DNA of 64,000 nt. Source: an uncultured Gemmatimonadaceae bacterium (lineage in GTDB: Bacteria; Gemmatimonadota; Gemmatimonadetes; Gemmatimonadales; Gemmatimonadaceae). The notes beneath the pieces are model-generated. The model was not told where the DNA came from, did not search any database, and worked only from the letters and a program-made list of their open reading frames with translations. Shown here piece after piece: positions 28,668 to 38,430 of the stretch. The position numbers were made by a program, and so were the translations under genes. Numbering within the stretch: the first letter of the stretch is position 1; the number at the start of each line of letters is the position of its first letter. Location: NCBI GenBank assembly GCA_963761305.1, contig CAVXGK010000002.1, positions 3,040,001 through 3,104,000 on the forward strand, written 5' to 3'.

Positions 28668-28772
28668 GACTCAACGCAGATGCCGCAGACTGAAAAACAA
28701 TTGCCGCAGATGGACCGGGAGTTGTCCATCTGCGGCAATTGCAGTTCCGATCGGCGGCATCTGCGTTGAATT
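28668..28772. repeat. Nested-palindrome intergenic repeat element (CGCAGAT-based), copy 2
   Basis: Outer arms tcaacgcagatgccgc / gcggcatctgcgttga; perfect inner hairpin aattgccgcagatggac-N8-gtccatctgcggcaatt (28699-28740); lies between convergent genes. Confidence 0.85.
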
Positions 28773-28825
28773 CGCTTGCCCCGGTCAGTAGCCCGACTGG
28801 CGAGTCAGCCCAGCAGAACTGTCGT

Positions 28826-30196
28826 TCACCTCTTGATTCCCGGCCCCGGAAGTGCTCCGCTGCCTGGCAGGTTCGCAGCGGTCGGCGGCGGACCAACCGG
28901 CCTCGGAGGAGGCGCAGGCTCCTGGCTGTCGAGCATGCCGCGCGACACCAGCTGCGCGGCGAGGACGGTCTGAATCACGCTCGTGATGTTGTTCGTCGTA
29001 GCGTTGGGGGCACCGCCGTTTTCGCCCCCGGAGATCGTGATCAGCTTCGCGTCCGACAGCGCACCGGCGATGACAGGCGCGATCTGCGGCAGCATTTCGA
29101 TCTGGCGATAGCGGAAGTACGACTCGCCGCCCACGGCGATCGCCTGATTCACCTTTTGGATCGCCTCTGCCTGCGCCTCGGCGATCTTGCGAATGCGGAT
29201 CGCTTCGGCGTCGGCGCCGGCCTCGGCTTCGAGTCGCACGCGCGCGGCATCGGCCTTTGCTTGCGCGATCTGCGTCGCGTCGAGCTCGGCCGTGCGCTGC
29301 AGACCGGCGGCTTCCTGTCGCTTGGCTTCGGCCTGCGCGACCAGCGCCGCGTTACTGGCTTTCGTCTGCTCGAGCTCACGAGTCTTGTCGGAGATGGCGC
29401 GCTCGGCCTCGAGCTGCGCTTCCTTGGCGCGCCGGGTCTGGGTCGCCGCGACGATGTCCGCGTTTGCCTGTGCCACCGCCGCGGATTGCCGGCGTCGCGA
29501 CTCGGCGACTTCGGACTGCACGACCTTGATGTTCAACGAATTGAAGATGAGCCCAAGGTCGGTCAGTTCGCGCGAACACGCTTTCCGGATGATCACGGCG
29601 AGCGGATCGTCCTCGTCCTCGATCGCGGAGCCTTCGCTGGGGACGAGCGCCGTCGGCACGGCGCGGACCGGGACGAGCGCGGCCGCTTCCCCCGGGGGCA
29701 ACGCGTGCACGGGCGCCGCCTTGGCCGAGAATAGCTGGTCGTGCGTGAGCAGGTTCATCGCGCGCCGGCCCGAGCTCGAGAGCAGGTCGGTGAGCGTACT
29801 GAGTTGGTCGGCGTCGCTCTTCGAGAAAAAGCGGTTCGCCGCGGTCCTGATCAACGCGTCGGTGTCGCCAACCGAGACGATGGCGCTCGCCAGCACGCGC
29901 ACCTTGATCGGCGCCGGCGTGCCGGTCGCGTCGATGTCGGCCGTCTGGTCCGTGATGTCCAGATCGATGTTGATGACCTTGCTCGAGATCGTCGTGCCCG
30001 TGGTGAGCAGCGGGATTTCCTTGGACTTGCCCGGTCCGCGATAGATGACCGTGCCGCCCGTCAGCCAGCTGACGAGGCGAATGGTGCCTGCTTCGACGTT
30101 GCGAAGAATGCTGGAGACGATGGCCGGGATGACGATGAGCACGAACCCGACGACGACCGCCCCGATGATGACAGGAGTTGTGATGAGCGATTGCAT
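28826..30196 (-). CDS. Flotillin/SPFH-domain protein
   Basis: N-terminal TM, SPFH-like domain, Ala/Glu-rich coiled coil (AEAxAxAEAIR), 'MLPQIAPVIAGALSDAKLITISG'. Confidence 0.85.
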   Translation of the reverse strand: MQSLITTPVIIGAVVVGFVLIVIPAIVSSILRNVEAGTIRLVSWLTGGTVIYRGPGKSKEIPLLTTGTTISSKVINIDLDITDQTADIDATGTPAPIKVRVLASAIVSVGDTDALIRTAANRFFSKSDADQLSTLTDLLSSSGRRAMNLLTHDQLFSAKAAPVHALPPGEAAALVPVRAVPTALVPSEGSAIEDEDDPLAVIIRKACSRELTDLGLIFNSLNIKVVQSEVAESRRRQSAAVAQANADIVAATQTRRAKEAQLEAERAISDKTRELEQTKASNAALVAQAEAKRQEAAGLQRTAELDATQIAQAKADAARVRLEAEAGADAEAIRIRKIAEAQAEAIQKVNQAIAVGGESYFRYRQIEMLPQIAPVIAGALSDAKLITISGGENGGAPNATTNNITSVIQTVLAAQLVSRGMLDSQEPAPPPRPVGPPPTAANLPGSGALPGPGIKR

Positions 30197-30227
30197 GAGC
30201 GACTCCGCGAAGGAGACGAGAGGGTGT

Positions 30228-30878
30228 TTAGAGGACTGATACCGTGCAGGTCTGGCGTTCCGCGTTCACGTCGTCGATGCGAAGCCGCTGGCCGGCGCGA
30301 ACGCGCGCGCCGAGCAATCGGTCCTGCGGTTGCAGCGTAGCGAGGATCTGCAGCACCTGTCCGTCCACTTCCAATGACACGATGCCCTGCCCGTTGGCGT
30401 CGAACGAGCTGACGGCGACGGCTTCGTCGGCGACAGCGCTCTCGAGCGTTTGCGCCGGCCGCGACGCGAACCGCATCGCGAAGTTCCAGATCGGCGACAC
30501 GAGGAAACGCTCGAACGCCACCGCGCCGACGATCGCCACTCCCGGCAGAATCACGCCGGGAAGCAGGGAGTGCAGCATCGTACCGGTCGCGCCGAAGCCC
30601 AACATGAGGCTGAACAAGAATCGCGGCGACGTGACGAGCCAGAACGCGCGGCCGGTGACGCGGCCACCGAGCGTGTGCGAGGCGCGGGCGGCCATTCCCG
30701 CGTGCGAGTGCGTGTGAACGAGGCCGTGAACGTGGCCACCCCCGGCCGCGCCGCCGTGTGCGTGTCCGCCGCCACGCGCGACCGCGCCCTGGTGTCCGCC
30801 TCGACTCCCGAGGCCACCAAGCGCCATGGCCGTGAAGCCGATCGCGCCCAGCACCATGCTCGAGATGTAGAGGTCCAT
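30228..30878 (-). CDS. NfeD-like (YuaF/YqiJ-type) membrane protein with His/Gly-rich loop and C-terminal OB-fold
   Basis: Three TM segments, 'LLGFG'-like segment, C-terminal 'GQGIVSLEVDGQ...GQRLRIDDV'; immediately upstream of flotillin. Confidence 0.75.
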   Translation of the reverse strand: MDLYISSMVLGAIGFTAMALGGLGSRGGHQGAVARGGGHAHGGAAGGGHVHGLVHTHSHAGMAARASHTLGGRVTGRAFWLVTSPRFLFSLMLGFGATGTMLHSLLPGVILPGVAIVGAVAFERFLVSPIWNFAMRFASRPAQTLESAVADEAVAVSSFDANGQGIVSLEVDGQVLQILATLQPQDRLLGARVRAGQRLRIDDVNAERQTCTVSVL

Positions 30879-31105
30879 CGTTCGGGAGATTGGGTTTCGT
30901 GCGACGTCAAACACAACGAGACACTGGCTCGCGAAGTTGCAGCGCTCGCGATGTGGCCGTGGTCTCGTGAGTTATGCTACCGCTTCGGCGGCGGTTCGGT
31001 AACCGGTGTCTCGACGGTCGTGCGCGGAAACCGCTATTTGGGCACTTGCGCTTTCAGAAACTCTAGTCGGCGATCAGGGGTCGCACGCGACGTTGTCCAT
31101 CGACC

Positions 31106-32392
31106 CTACGCCATCGCGCTCGCCGGTTCGACGACCTCCGGACTCTCGGGCTGCCTCGCGGGCTTGAACAACAGACCGAACAGGAGGAACACCGCGAACG
31201 CACCGACGGCCGGCACCATCCAGATCGCGTGCCAGTCGTGAACGACCTGCGTGCACGCCGCCGCGCCGTTGCACGACGGACTCGGGGTCGCGTACCTCGC
31301 GACGACTCGTCCCGACACCGACGCGCCGACGAAGTAGCCGACGCCGTTGGTGACGAAGTTGATGAAGCCCTGCGCCGCGGCGCGAACCTTCTCGCCGGCG
31401 CGCTGGTCGGTGTAGATCTGGCCGCTCACGAAAAAGAAGTCGTAGCACACCCCATGGAGCAGGATGCCGGCGTAGAGCAGCCACATCCCGCCGCCGATGT
31501 TGCCGTTGGCGAAGGAGAAGTAGCGCAGCCCCCAGGCCAGCATGCCGACGAGCATGATCGCCTTGATCCCGAAGCGGCGCAGCGCGAACGGGAGCATCAA
31601 CATGAAGAAGATCTCGGACATCTGGCCGAACGTCTGGATGAACGCCGGCTCCGGTGCCTTGATCTCGTTCAGGAAGAGATTGGTGAACGTGTAGTAGAAC
31701 TGGAGCGGAATGCAGAGCAGGAACGATCCCAACGCGAACATGAAGAAGTCGCGGCTGCGCAGGAGGCTCAGCGCGTCGAGTCCGAGCGCGTCGCGCACGC
31801 TGAACGGCGCCCCCGTCGCCTTGGGCGGCGTGTGCGGCAGCACCAGCGAGTAGAGCCCCAGCACGACCGACGCGCCGGCCGCGATTTGCATCGGGAGCGC
31901 CAGCGCGTCGGCGCGCAGGACCTTACCGACGAGAATCCCGGCGACGATCCACCCGATCGTGCCCAGCACGCGAATGATCGGGAAGTCGCGCGCCGGATCG
32001 TTCACGTTGTGGAACGAGATCGAGTTCGTGAGCGACAGCGTCGGCATGAAGCAGAGCGCGTAGAGCAGCAGCAGCGGGTAGAACGTCGTCCACGACGTCT
32101 GTTGCGACACGAACCACATCAACACGCCGCCGCCGATATGCAGAAACGCGAGCAGCTTCTCGCTCGAGAAGAACCGGTCGGCGACGATGCCCATGAAGAA
32201 TGGCGACACGATCGCCGCGATCGCCATCGCGCCGTACGCCGCGCCGATCTGCGGATCGGTGAAGTGGCGCGTCTGGCCGAGATACGTGCCCATCGTCACG
32301 AACCAGACGCCCCACACGAAGTACTGCAGGAACATCATGAGGGCGAGCTTCGTGCGCGCGCCGCCCGCCGCGACGCCGGCCTGCGCTGTCAT
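31106..32392 (-). CDS. MFS permease, nucleoside:H+ symporter (NupG-like) family
   Basis: [53 protein letters not shown]. Confidence 0.9.
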   Translation of the reverse strand: MTAQAGVAAGGARTKLALMMFLQYFVWGVWFVTMGTYLGQTRHFTDPQIGAAYGAMAIAAIVSPFFMGIVADRFFSSEKLLAFLHIGGGVLMWFVSQQTSWTTFYPLLLLYALCFMPTLSLTNSISFHNVNDPARDFPIIRVLGTIGWIVAGILVGKVLRADALALPMQIAAGASVVLGLYSLVLPHTPPKATGAPFSVRDALGLDALSLLRSRDFFMFALGSFLLCIPLQFYYTFTNLFLNEIKAPEPAFIQTFGQMSEIFFMLMLPFALRRFGIKAIMLVGMLAWGLRYFSFANGNIGGGMWLLYAGILLHGVCYDFFFVSGQIYTDQRAGEKVRAAAQGFINFVTNGVGYFVGASVSGRVVARYATPSPSCNGAAACTQVVHDWHAIWMVPAVGAFAVFLLFGLLFKPARQPESPEVVEPASAMA

Positions 32393-33096
32393 GGCAGTTC
32401 CCGAATGCGAACGTTGCGGATGGAGAGCGTGCCGTTGTGGTCGCCCTGAATGCCGATGTAGCCGCGCTTCGCCATCCCGTAGTTCGGATAGACGTGGAAC
32501 TTGCTCTTCGCGACCTTCGCGGTCCAATCAGGACTCCACAGCTCGTACTCGACAACCTTTTGTCCGTTGAGCCAGTGCTCGACGTGCGCGCCGTTCACGA
32601 CGATCCGCGTCGTGTTCCATTCGTCGGCCGGCTTCACCACGCCGCGCGGCGGCGCGTACAGACCGTACGCCGACGCCGCCGACGTGAGCGGATTCTTGCC
32701 GTCATCCGCGTTCGCGTCGTCGAGCAACTGATACTCGGGACCACTCCAGTAGATGTGGTCGTACTCCTTCGTCGCGCGGTAGAAAATGCCGCTGTTCCCC
32801 GCTTTCCCGATCTTCCACTCCAGCTCCAGCTCGAAGTTCGCGTACTGATCCTTCGTCATGATGTCGCCGGTGCCGTGCGACTTCGTGATCTCGTTGCCGA
32901 CCACGGTCCAGCCGGCCGGCACCGCGTCGCTCTCGTACCCGCGGAACGACGGCAACTCGAGCAGCCGCCAGCCGCCGGCGGCCGCCCGTCCGGCCATCTC
33001 GACGTGTTGCTGCGTGGACATCGCGCGGTGCACGCACGCCGACGCGAGCACCACCGACAGCACGCCAACGCTCCGCAGAATCGGTTTCGTTCGCAT
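32389..33096 (-). CDS. DUF1080 protein (3-keto-glycoside hydrolase/hydratase family), lipoprotein
   Basis: Lipobox [57 protein letters not shown]. Confidence 0.9.
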   Translation of the reverse strand: MRTKPILRSVGVLSVVLASACVHRAMSTQQHVEMAGRAAAGGWRLLELPSFRGYESDAVPAGWTVVGNEITKSHGTGDIMTKDQYANFELELEWKIGKAGNSGIFYRATKEYDHIYWSGPEYQLLDDANADDGKNPLTSAASAYGLYAPPRGVVKPADEWNTTRIVVNGAHVEHWLNGQKVVEYELWSPDWTAKVAKSKFHVYPNYGMAKRGYIGIQGDHNGTLSIRNVRIRELP

Positions 33097-33098
33097 CG

Positions 33099-34694
33099 TC
33101 AAATCGCCCACCCCGCGCGATAGTCGCGCGTGAGATATTGGTTTGCGTCAGGCGCGTTCGTGAACTCCGCCTTGTCCGCGTCATAGAGGACCTTCTTGCC
33201 TTGTCCCGCATGCAGCGCGGCGACGCCGAGTAGCATCGTCTCCGTCAACTGCGCGGCGTACTCGATCGGTGAGCTCGATTTGCACTCGCCGCGAATGGCC
33301 TTCGCCCAATTCAGCTCGTGGCTCCACGTGATGCGCGGCATCGTCTTCGGAACCTTCGCCGCCGCTTCCATCAATCCGGCCGGATAGCAGCGCGGATTCG
33401 ATCCGTACGTGTCGTTGATCAAAATGCCTTTTTCGCCGATGAAGATCACCCCGCCTTCCGAGATGAGCGTCACGTCATCGGGCAGCACGTCGGGACGCGG
33501 CGGATAGAGGCCGCCGTCCGACCAGAACAACTTCACCGGCGGCATCGACCCGCGCGCCGCGAATTGATAGTGCACGTTCGTCGCGGCCGGATACGACACC
33601 GGTCGCTGTCGGACACGCGACGCCGGCGATCCCGGCGGCGCGGTCGGATCGGGGGGAATCGGCATCGTTGCCCACGGCGTCGACGTCGCTTCGATGCTCG
33701 TCGGATATGTCAGCCCGAGCGCCCAGAACGGATGGTCGATGAGATGCGCGCCCATGTCGCCGAGCGCACCCATGCCGAAATCCGTCCACCCTCTCCAGTT
33801 GAACGGATGGTAGATCGGGTGATACGGAATGTCCTCGGCGACCGGTCCGAGGTAAATGTCCCAGTGCAGCCCTTCGGGAATCGGATACGAGCCCGAGCCC
33901 ATTCCTTCGGCGAGCGTGCGATTCACTCGCCCCTGGCTCCACGACGTGCCGAACGACGTCGAACCTGCCTGCATGATCTGACTCGGCGCCAGCGGCCGCG
34001 GAACAGGCTGCGGCCAGTAGCCCAGCGGGCGGTTCGTCCAGACGTGAACCTCGTGCACCGGACCAATGACGCCGGCTTGAATCCACTCGTTGATCAGCCG
34101 CGCGCCTTCGCTCGAATGTCCCTGATTACCCATCTGCGTGACGAGCTTGGGATTGGCGAGCGCCGTCTGGCGAAGCACGCGCGCCTCGTGCACCGACCAC
34201 GTCAGCGGCTTCTGCACATAGACATGCTTGCCGAGGTCCATCGCCGCTTTGGCGACGACGGCGTGGTTGTGGTCGGGTGTCGCGACGATGATGCCGTCGA
34301 TGCCCTTTTCTTTCTCCAGCATCTGGCGGAAGTCGTAGTACTTCGCCGCCTTGTCGAACTGCTCCTGGAGCTTGATCGCCCCCGGGTTGACGACTCCGTC
34401 GCGATTCTGACGCAGTTTGCTCGTGACGTTCGACGTCGAGAAGTTCATGTCGACGTCGCACACGGCGCAGAGATTCTCGGTCTTCGCGAGCTCCTGCGCG
34501 TTGCCGGAACCCATGCCGCCGAATCCCACCACGGCGAAGTTCACGGTGTCGCTCGGCGCGCGATATCCGACGCCTCCGAGCACGTGCCGCGGCACGATCA
34601 TCGGTGCTTTGGCGGTGATGGCGGCGCCAATAACGGCCTTGCCGGCGTCGGCGACGAAGTCTCGGCGGCTGATCGAGTTGTCGGAATTCGACAT
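33099..34694 (-). CDS. Gfo/Idh/MocA-family oxidoreductase, Tat-exported
   Basis: SRRDFV Tat motif; [47 protein letters not shown]. Confidence 0.92.
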   Translation of the reverse strand: MSNSDNSISRRDFVADAGKAVIGAAITAKAPMIVPRHVLGGVGYRAPSDTVNFAVVGFGGMGSGNAQELAKTENLCAVCDVDMNFSTSNVTSKLRQNRDGVVNPGAIKLQEQFDKAAKYYDFRQMLEKEKGIDGIIVATPDHNHAVVAKAAMDLGKHVYVQKPLTWSVHEARVLRQTALANPKLVTQMGNQGHSSEGARLINEWIQAGVIGPVHEVHVWTNRPLGYWPQPVPRPLAPSQIMQAGSTSFGTSWSQGRVNRTLAEGMGSGSYPIPEGLHWDIYLGPVAEDIPYHPIYHPFNWRGWTDFGMGALGDMGAHLIDHPFWALGLTYPTSIEATSTPWATMPIPPDPTAPPGSPASRVRQRPVSYPAATNVHYQFAARGSMPPVKLFWSDGGLYPPRPDVLPDDVTLISEGGVIFIGEKGILINDTYGSNPRCYPAGLMEAAAKVPKTMPRITWSHELNWAKAIRGECKSSSPIEYAAQLTETMLLGVAALHAGQGKKVLYDADKAEFTNAPDANQYLTRDYRAGWAI

Positions 34695-34804
34695 TCGTAG
34701 TCCTGCGTTCGGGTTGCCCGCGCGCGGCTCGGTACCGCGCAGCCATTCATTATTGCATCGCGACACGCCCGTTCGTAAGAACCGGGCGCCGTTTCACACA
34801 CGCA

Positions 34805-36070
34805 TCAGGGCCGCCAGATTCCCTGCGCGACCGCCGGCATGAACGAGTCCAGCCCGAGCGGCGGGAACGCCAGCGTTCTGCGTTCCTCTGCGCTCTGGTA
34901 CGCCGCCATCAGGATCTTCACGACCTCAAGCCCGTCGTCGAAGGTCAGCTTCGGCTTTTCCTTGCCGAGGAAGACTCGCACGAAGTGGCGATCCTCGGCT
35001 TCGTAGCCGTACGCGGCGGCCTCGTTGGCGACGACGGGCATCTGCCCGATCTCGGCGTTCTGCTTCTCGACGAGATCCTCACCCTCTTTGCCCTGCACGG
35101 CGCGTGAGAAGAAGAGCTTGAGCCCGCTATCGAGCGTGTTCCACGCCATCGAGTACTCGGGGCCGAGCAGCTCCGCGGACAGCCGAAGTCCGGCGCCCAC
35201 AAAACTCCACGACGTCGAGGCTTCGCCGATCACCGTGTAGCCGTCGTCGGTTTCGAACTCGATCGTCGTGCTCGCGAAGTCCTCGGCGGGCGCCGACGTG
35301 TAGTTCACGTCGCGACCGAACGTCTTCGAGAGCTGTTTGATGTAGGCGGGCCGCGTCCATTTGAGACTCGCAATGTGCGCGGTCACTCGAATGGGTTTGA
35401 CCGACGACAGCGGCGCGCCAGGCTCGGTGAGCAGGTGTCGCACGACGAGCGCCGAGTGGCACATCATGTCGTTCAACACGCCGCCGCCTTGCAGCTCGCC
35501 GCGCCAGAACCAGGGCATGTGCGGACCGCTGTGCTCTTCCGCGGCCCGCGCGAGATACGGACGACCGGTCGTCGCCGCGCCGCGCGCCCAGAGCAGGGCG
35601 CGCCCGGCCTCGACCTGCGGCGCGAACACTTGATTCTCGAGATAGCCGTGCTGAATGCGCGCGCGTTTGACGAGATCGCGAACCGCGATCGCCTCGGCGA
35701 CGTTTCGCGCGAGCGGCTTCTCGCACGCGATGCCTGTCAGGGCACCGCGGCCGCGTTCCACCGCGTCGACGATCTCTTCGACGTTCTCGACGCGCGCGTG
35801 GTTCGGTCCCGTGAGCCAGATCGCGTCGATCGCCGGATCGGCGACCATGTCGGCGATCGACGCATACGGCTTCGCATGGCCGACGTCGAGCTCGCGCGCG
35901 AGCTGCGCGGCCGACGCGGCGTTCTTCTTGTTGGGGCTCCAGACACCGAGCACGTCCGCATCGCGCACGGCGCGAAACGCCTGCATGTGAAATCGCGCGT
36001 TGAATCCACTGCCGATGAATGCGACGCCGAGGCGCTTGCCGGGCTTGGGATCGGTTTTCTTCGGACTCAT
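34805..36070 (-). CDS. Gfo/Idh/MocA-family oxidoreductase (cytoplasmic)
   Basis: IGSGFNARFH, ACEKPLA, EEHSGPH, GGGVLNDMMCH. Confidence 0.88.
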   Translation of the reverse strand: MSPKKTDPKPGKRLGVAFIGSGFNARFHMQAFRAVRDADVLGVWSPNKKNAASAAQLARELDVGHAKPYASIADMVADPAIDAIWLTGPNHARVENVEEIVDAVERGRGALTGIACEKPLARNVAEAIAVRDLVKRARIQHGYLENQVFAPQVEAGRALLWARGAATTGRPYLARAAEEHSGPHMPWFWRGELQGGGVLNDMMCHSALVVRHLLTEPGAPLSSVKPIRVTAHIASLKWTRPAYIKQLSKTFGRDVNYTSAPAEDFASTTIEFETDDGYTVIGEASTSWSFVGAGLRLSAELLGPEYSMAWNTLDSGLKLFFSRAVQGKEGEDLVEKQNAEIGQMPVVANEAAAYGYEAEDRHFVRVFLGKEKPKLTFDDGLEVVKILMAAYQSAEERRTLAFPPLGLDSFMPAVAQGIWRP

Positions 36071-36750
36071 TTCTCTTGCGGACTCACACGGGTGGTCATG
36101 ACGTCATAGCTCACGCCGAGCTTCTCGAGCGCGGCTGGCGGACAGCCGTCGTAGTTGGGGTTGAACACGTTGCCGATGTATTGGACGTCTTTCCAACCCA
36201 TGGCGCTCGAGTAGAACCCGGAGGCCGTCATGTCGCGGAGGCGGTTGAAGAACGAGACGCCGTACGACATGCCGGGCGGCGCTTTCTGCGGATACGCGAT
36301 GTCGTCGAGAATCTGACGGCGCTGCGGGTCGCTCGCGTCGACGAAGTACTTGTCGAACCGCCGAAGCGATTCCGTGTCGAGCCACGCCAGACCGCCGCGC
36401 ATCGCGACCTGCGTCGCAGGATTGGCGTCCTTCTCGGCCAGCAGATAGTCCATGTACTCGGGGACTTTCGCATCGGTCGCGCTGCCGGAGATTTCGTCGC
36501 GCGGAATTATATAGTCCACGAGCACGTGGACGGTCTTCCACTCGTGCGCCGTGAAGAAGCGCGGTCCCGCTTGCGCGACCGGCGCAACGGCCTGCGACGT
36601 CGCCACCTGTTCGAGCGCGGTGGCGGGACTGAGGGCCGCGGCCACCGGCACGGCGCCGAGGACCTGCAGCATTCGGCGGCGGGAAATCGCCGCGTCGGCT
36701 GACGTCGCGCCGGCGCCTTTCGGCTCGCGATCGTCATTCATGGTACTCAT
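36067..36750 (-). CDS. Gluconate 2-dehydrogenase subunit 3-family protein (Tat partner of GMC flavoprotein)
   Basis: SRRRML Tat motif; FFTAHEW, IIPRD, SATDAKV, GFYSSAMG, YIGN; overlaps the GMC stop. Confidence 0.88.
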   Translation of the reverse strand: MSTMNDDREPKGAGATSADAAISRRRMLQVLGAVPVAAALSPATALEQVATSQAVAPVAQAGPRFFTAHEWKTVHVLVDYIIPRDEISGSATDAKVPEYMDYLLAEKDANPATQVAMRGGLAWLDTESLRRFDKYFVDASDPQRRQILDDIAYPQKAPPGMSYGVSFFNRLRDMTASGFYSSAMGWKDVQYIGNVFNPNYDGCPPAALEKLGVSYDVMTTRVSPQEK

Positions 36751-38429
36751 AGCGCCCCCGCCGTTCGCTGCTGCGCGATGTAGTCGCTGGTCCGCCAGGA
36801 CAGCGCGAGAATCGTCCACGTCGGATTCTTGTCCGCTTGCGACACGAACGGACTGCCGTCGGCGACGAAGAGGTTTTTCACGTCGTGCGCCTGGCAGTTC
36901 GCGTTCACGACGGACCGCGTCGGATCCGCGCCCATTCGCACGCCGCCCAGTTCGTGGATGATCGTTCCGCCGGCGGCGAGGCCGTAGTTCTGCTCGCGCG
37001 TCGGCATCGGCGACGACGGCGTGCCGCCCATCGCGACGATGAGCGCGCGAAACGTCTCCTGCATGTGCTTCGCCTGGTTGTACTCGTAGTCGGTGAACTT
37101 CCAGTGGAAGCGAAGGACGGGAATTCCGAAGCGATCGACGGTCGTCGGATCGAGCTCGCAATACGAACCCTCGTTCGGGATCATCTCACCGCGTCCGTCG
37201 AATCCGATCGACGCGCCGTAGTACTTGCGATAGTCGGCCTTGAGTTGCGTGCCGTAGCCGCCGCCGTTTTGCCGCTGAATGCCGCCGCCGAATCCCGACG
37301 ACGGCTGCCCGGCTCCGCCGTACACTTCTATATGGTAGCCGCGCGGGAAATCGAGCTTCGCGTTGTCGAGCCACCACGGCATGTAGACGTGCATGCCGCC
37401 GACACCGTCGTGGTTGTGCGGCACGTGATCTTCGAGCGCCGGGATATGGCCCGACACGCCGGCGCCGGTCGTGTCCGTGAGATACTTGCCGACGATGCCG
37501 CTCGTGTTGGCTAATCCGTTCGGAAACTTCGTCGACCTGGAATTGAGCAGCAGTCGCGCGCTCTCCATCGCGCTCGCCGCCAGCACGACGATCTTCGCCC
37601 GCACGTGCTCGTCGGTATTCGTGTTCTTGTCGATGTACGACACGCCGTTCGCGAGGCCGTCCTGGCCGACCGTCACCTCGCGCGCCATCGCGTTCGTGAT
37701 GAGCGTGAGCTTCCCCGTCGCCAGTGCCGGCGCGATCAGCACGTCGCCGCTCGAGAAGTTGGCCTTCACCTGACAGCCGCGGTTGCACTGTCCGCAGTAG
37801 TGGCAGGCCATGCGTCCGTTGATCGGCTTCGTGATCACCGAGAGGCGGGCCGGAATGCAGGTGATGTTCAGCTTGTCGGACGCCTTCTTCACCAGCAGCT
37901 CGTGGCAGCGCGGCTTCGGCGGCGGTTGAAAAATTCCGTCCGGCGCGTTGCGGAGTCCTTCGTTCGATCCGTAGAGACCGATGAACTGGTCGACGTTGTC
38001 GTAGTACGGCTTCACGTCGTCGTAGCTGATCGGCCAGTCGTCGCCGAGTCCGTCGAGCGATTTGCGGCGAAAGTCGTCGGGGCCAAAGCGCAGGGAAATC
38101 CGCCCCCAATGATTCGTACGGCCGCCGAGCATCCGAGCACGCCACCAGCTGAACTGCGTGCCCGGCGCGCGCGTGTACGGTTCGCCGTCGATCTCCCACC
38201 CGCCGTCGCAGGCGTCGAACTCGCCGAACGGCCGTCCGTGAATCGACGCGCCGCGGTGCGGCGTCGCGTAACTCGGAACCATCATCTTCGAATCTTTCGA
38301 CGCGAACCATCGCGGTCCCGCCTCGAGCAGCACGACGCGCGCGCCGGCCTTTGTCAGCACGTACGCGGCCATGCCGCCGCCGGCGCCCGAGCCGATGATC
38401 GCGACGTCGTAGATGGGTCGTTGTGGCAT
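36747..38429 (-). CDS. GMC-family FAD oxidoreductase (glucoside 3-dehydrogenase-like)
   Basis: GSGAGGG FAD motif, LGGRTNHW, Cys cluster CHYCGQCNRGC, IHELGGVRMG, NPTWTILAL. Confidence 0.92.
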   Translation of the reverse strand: MPQRPIYDVAIIGSGAGGGMAAYVLTKAGARVVLLEAGPRWFASKDSKMMVPSYATPHRGASIHGRPFGEFDACDGGWEIDGEPYTRAPGTQFSWWRARMLGGRTNHWGRISLRFGPDDFRRKSLDGLGDDWPISYDDVKPYYDNVDQFIGLYGSNEGLRNAPDGIFQPPPKPRCHELLVKKASDKLNITCIPARLSVITKPINGRMACHYCGQCNRGCQVKANFSSGDVLIAPALATGKLTLITNAMAREVTVGQDGLANGVSYIDKNTNTDEHVRAKIVVLAASAMESARLLLNSRSTKFPNGLANTSGIVGKYLTDTTGAGVSGHIPALEDHVPHNHDGVGGMHVYMPWWLDNAKLDFPRGYHIEVYGGAGQPSSGFGGGIQRQNGGGYGTQLKADYRKYYGASIGFDGRGEMIPNEGSYCELDPTTVDRFGIPVLRFHWKFTDYEYNQAKHMQETFRALIVAMGGTPSSPMPTREQNYGLAAGGTIIHELGGVRMGADPTRSVVNANCQAHDVKNLFVADGSPFVSQADKNPTWTILALSWRTSDYIAQQRTAGAL

Positions 38430-38430
38430 A

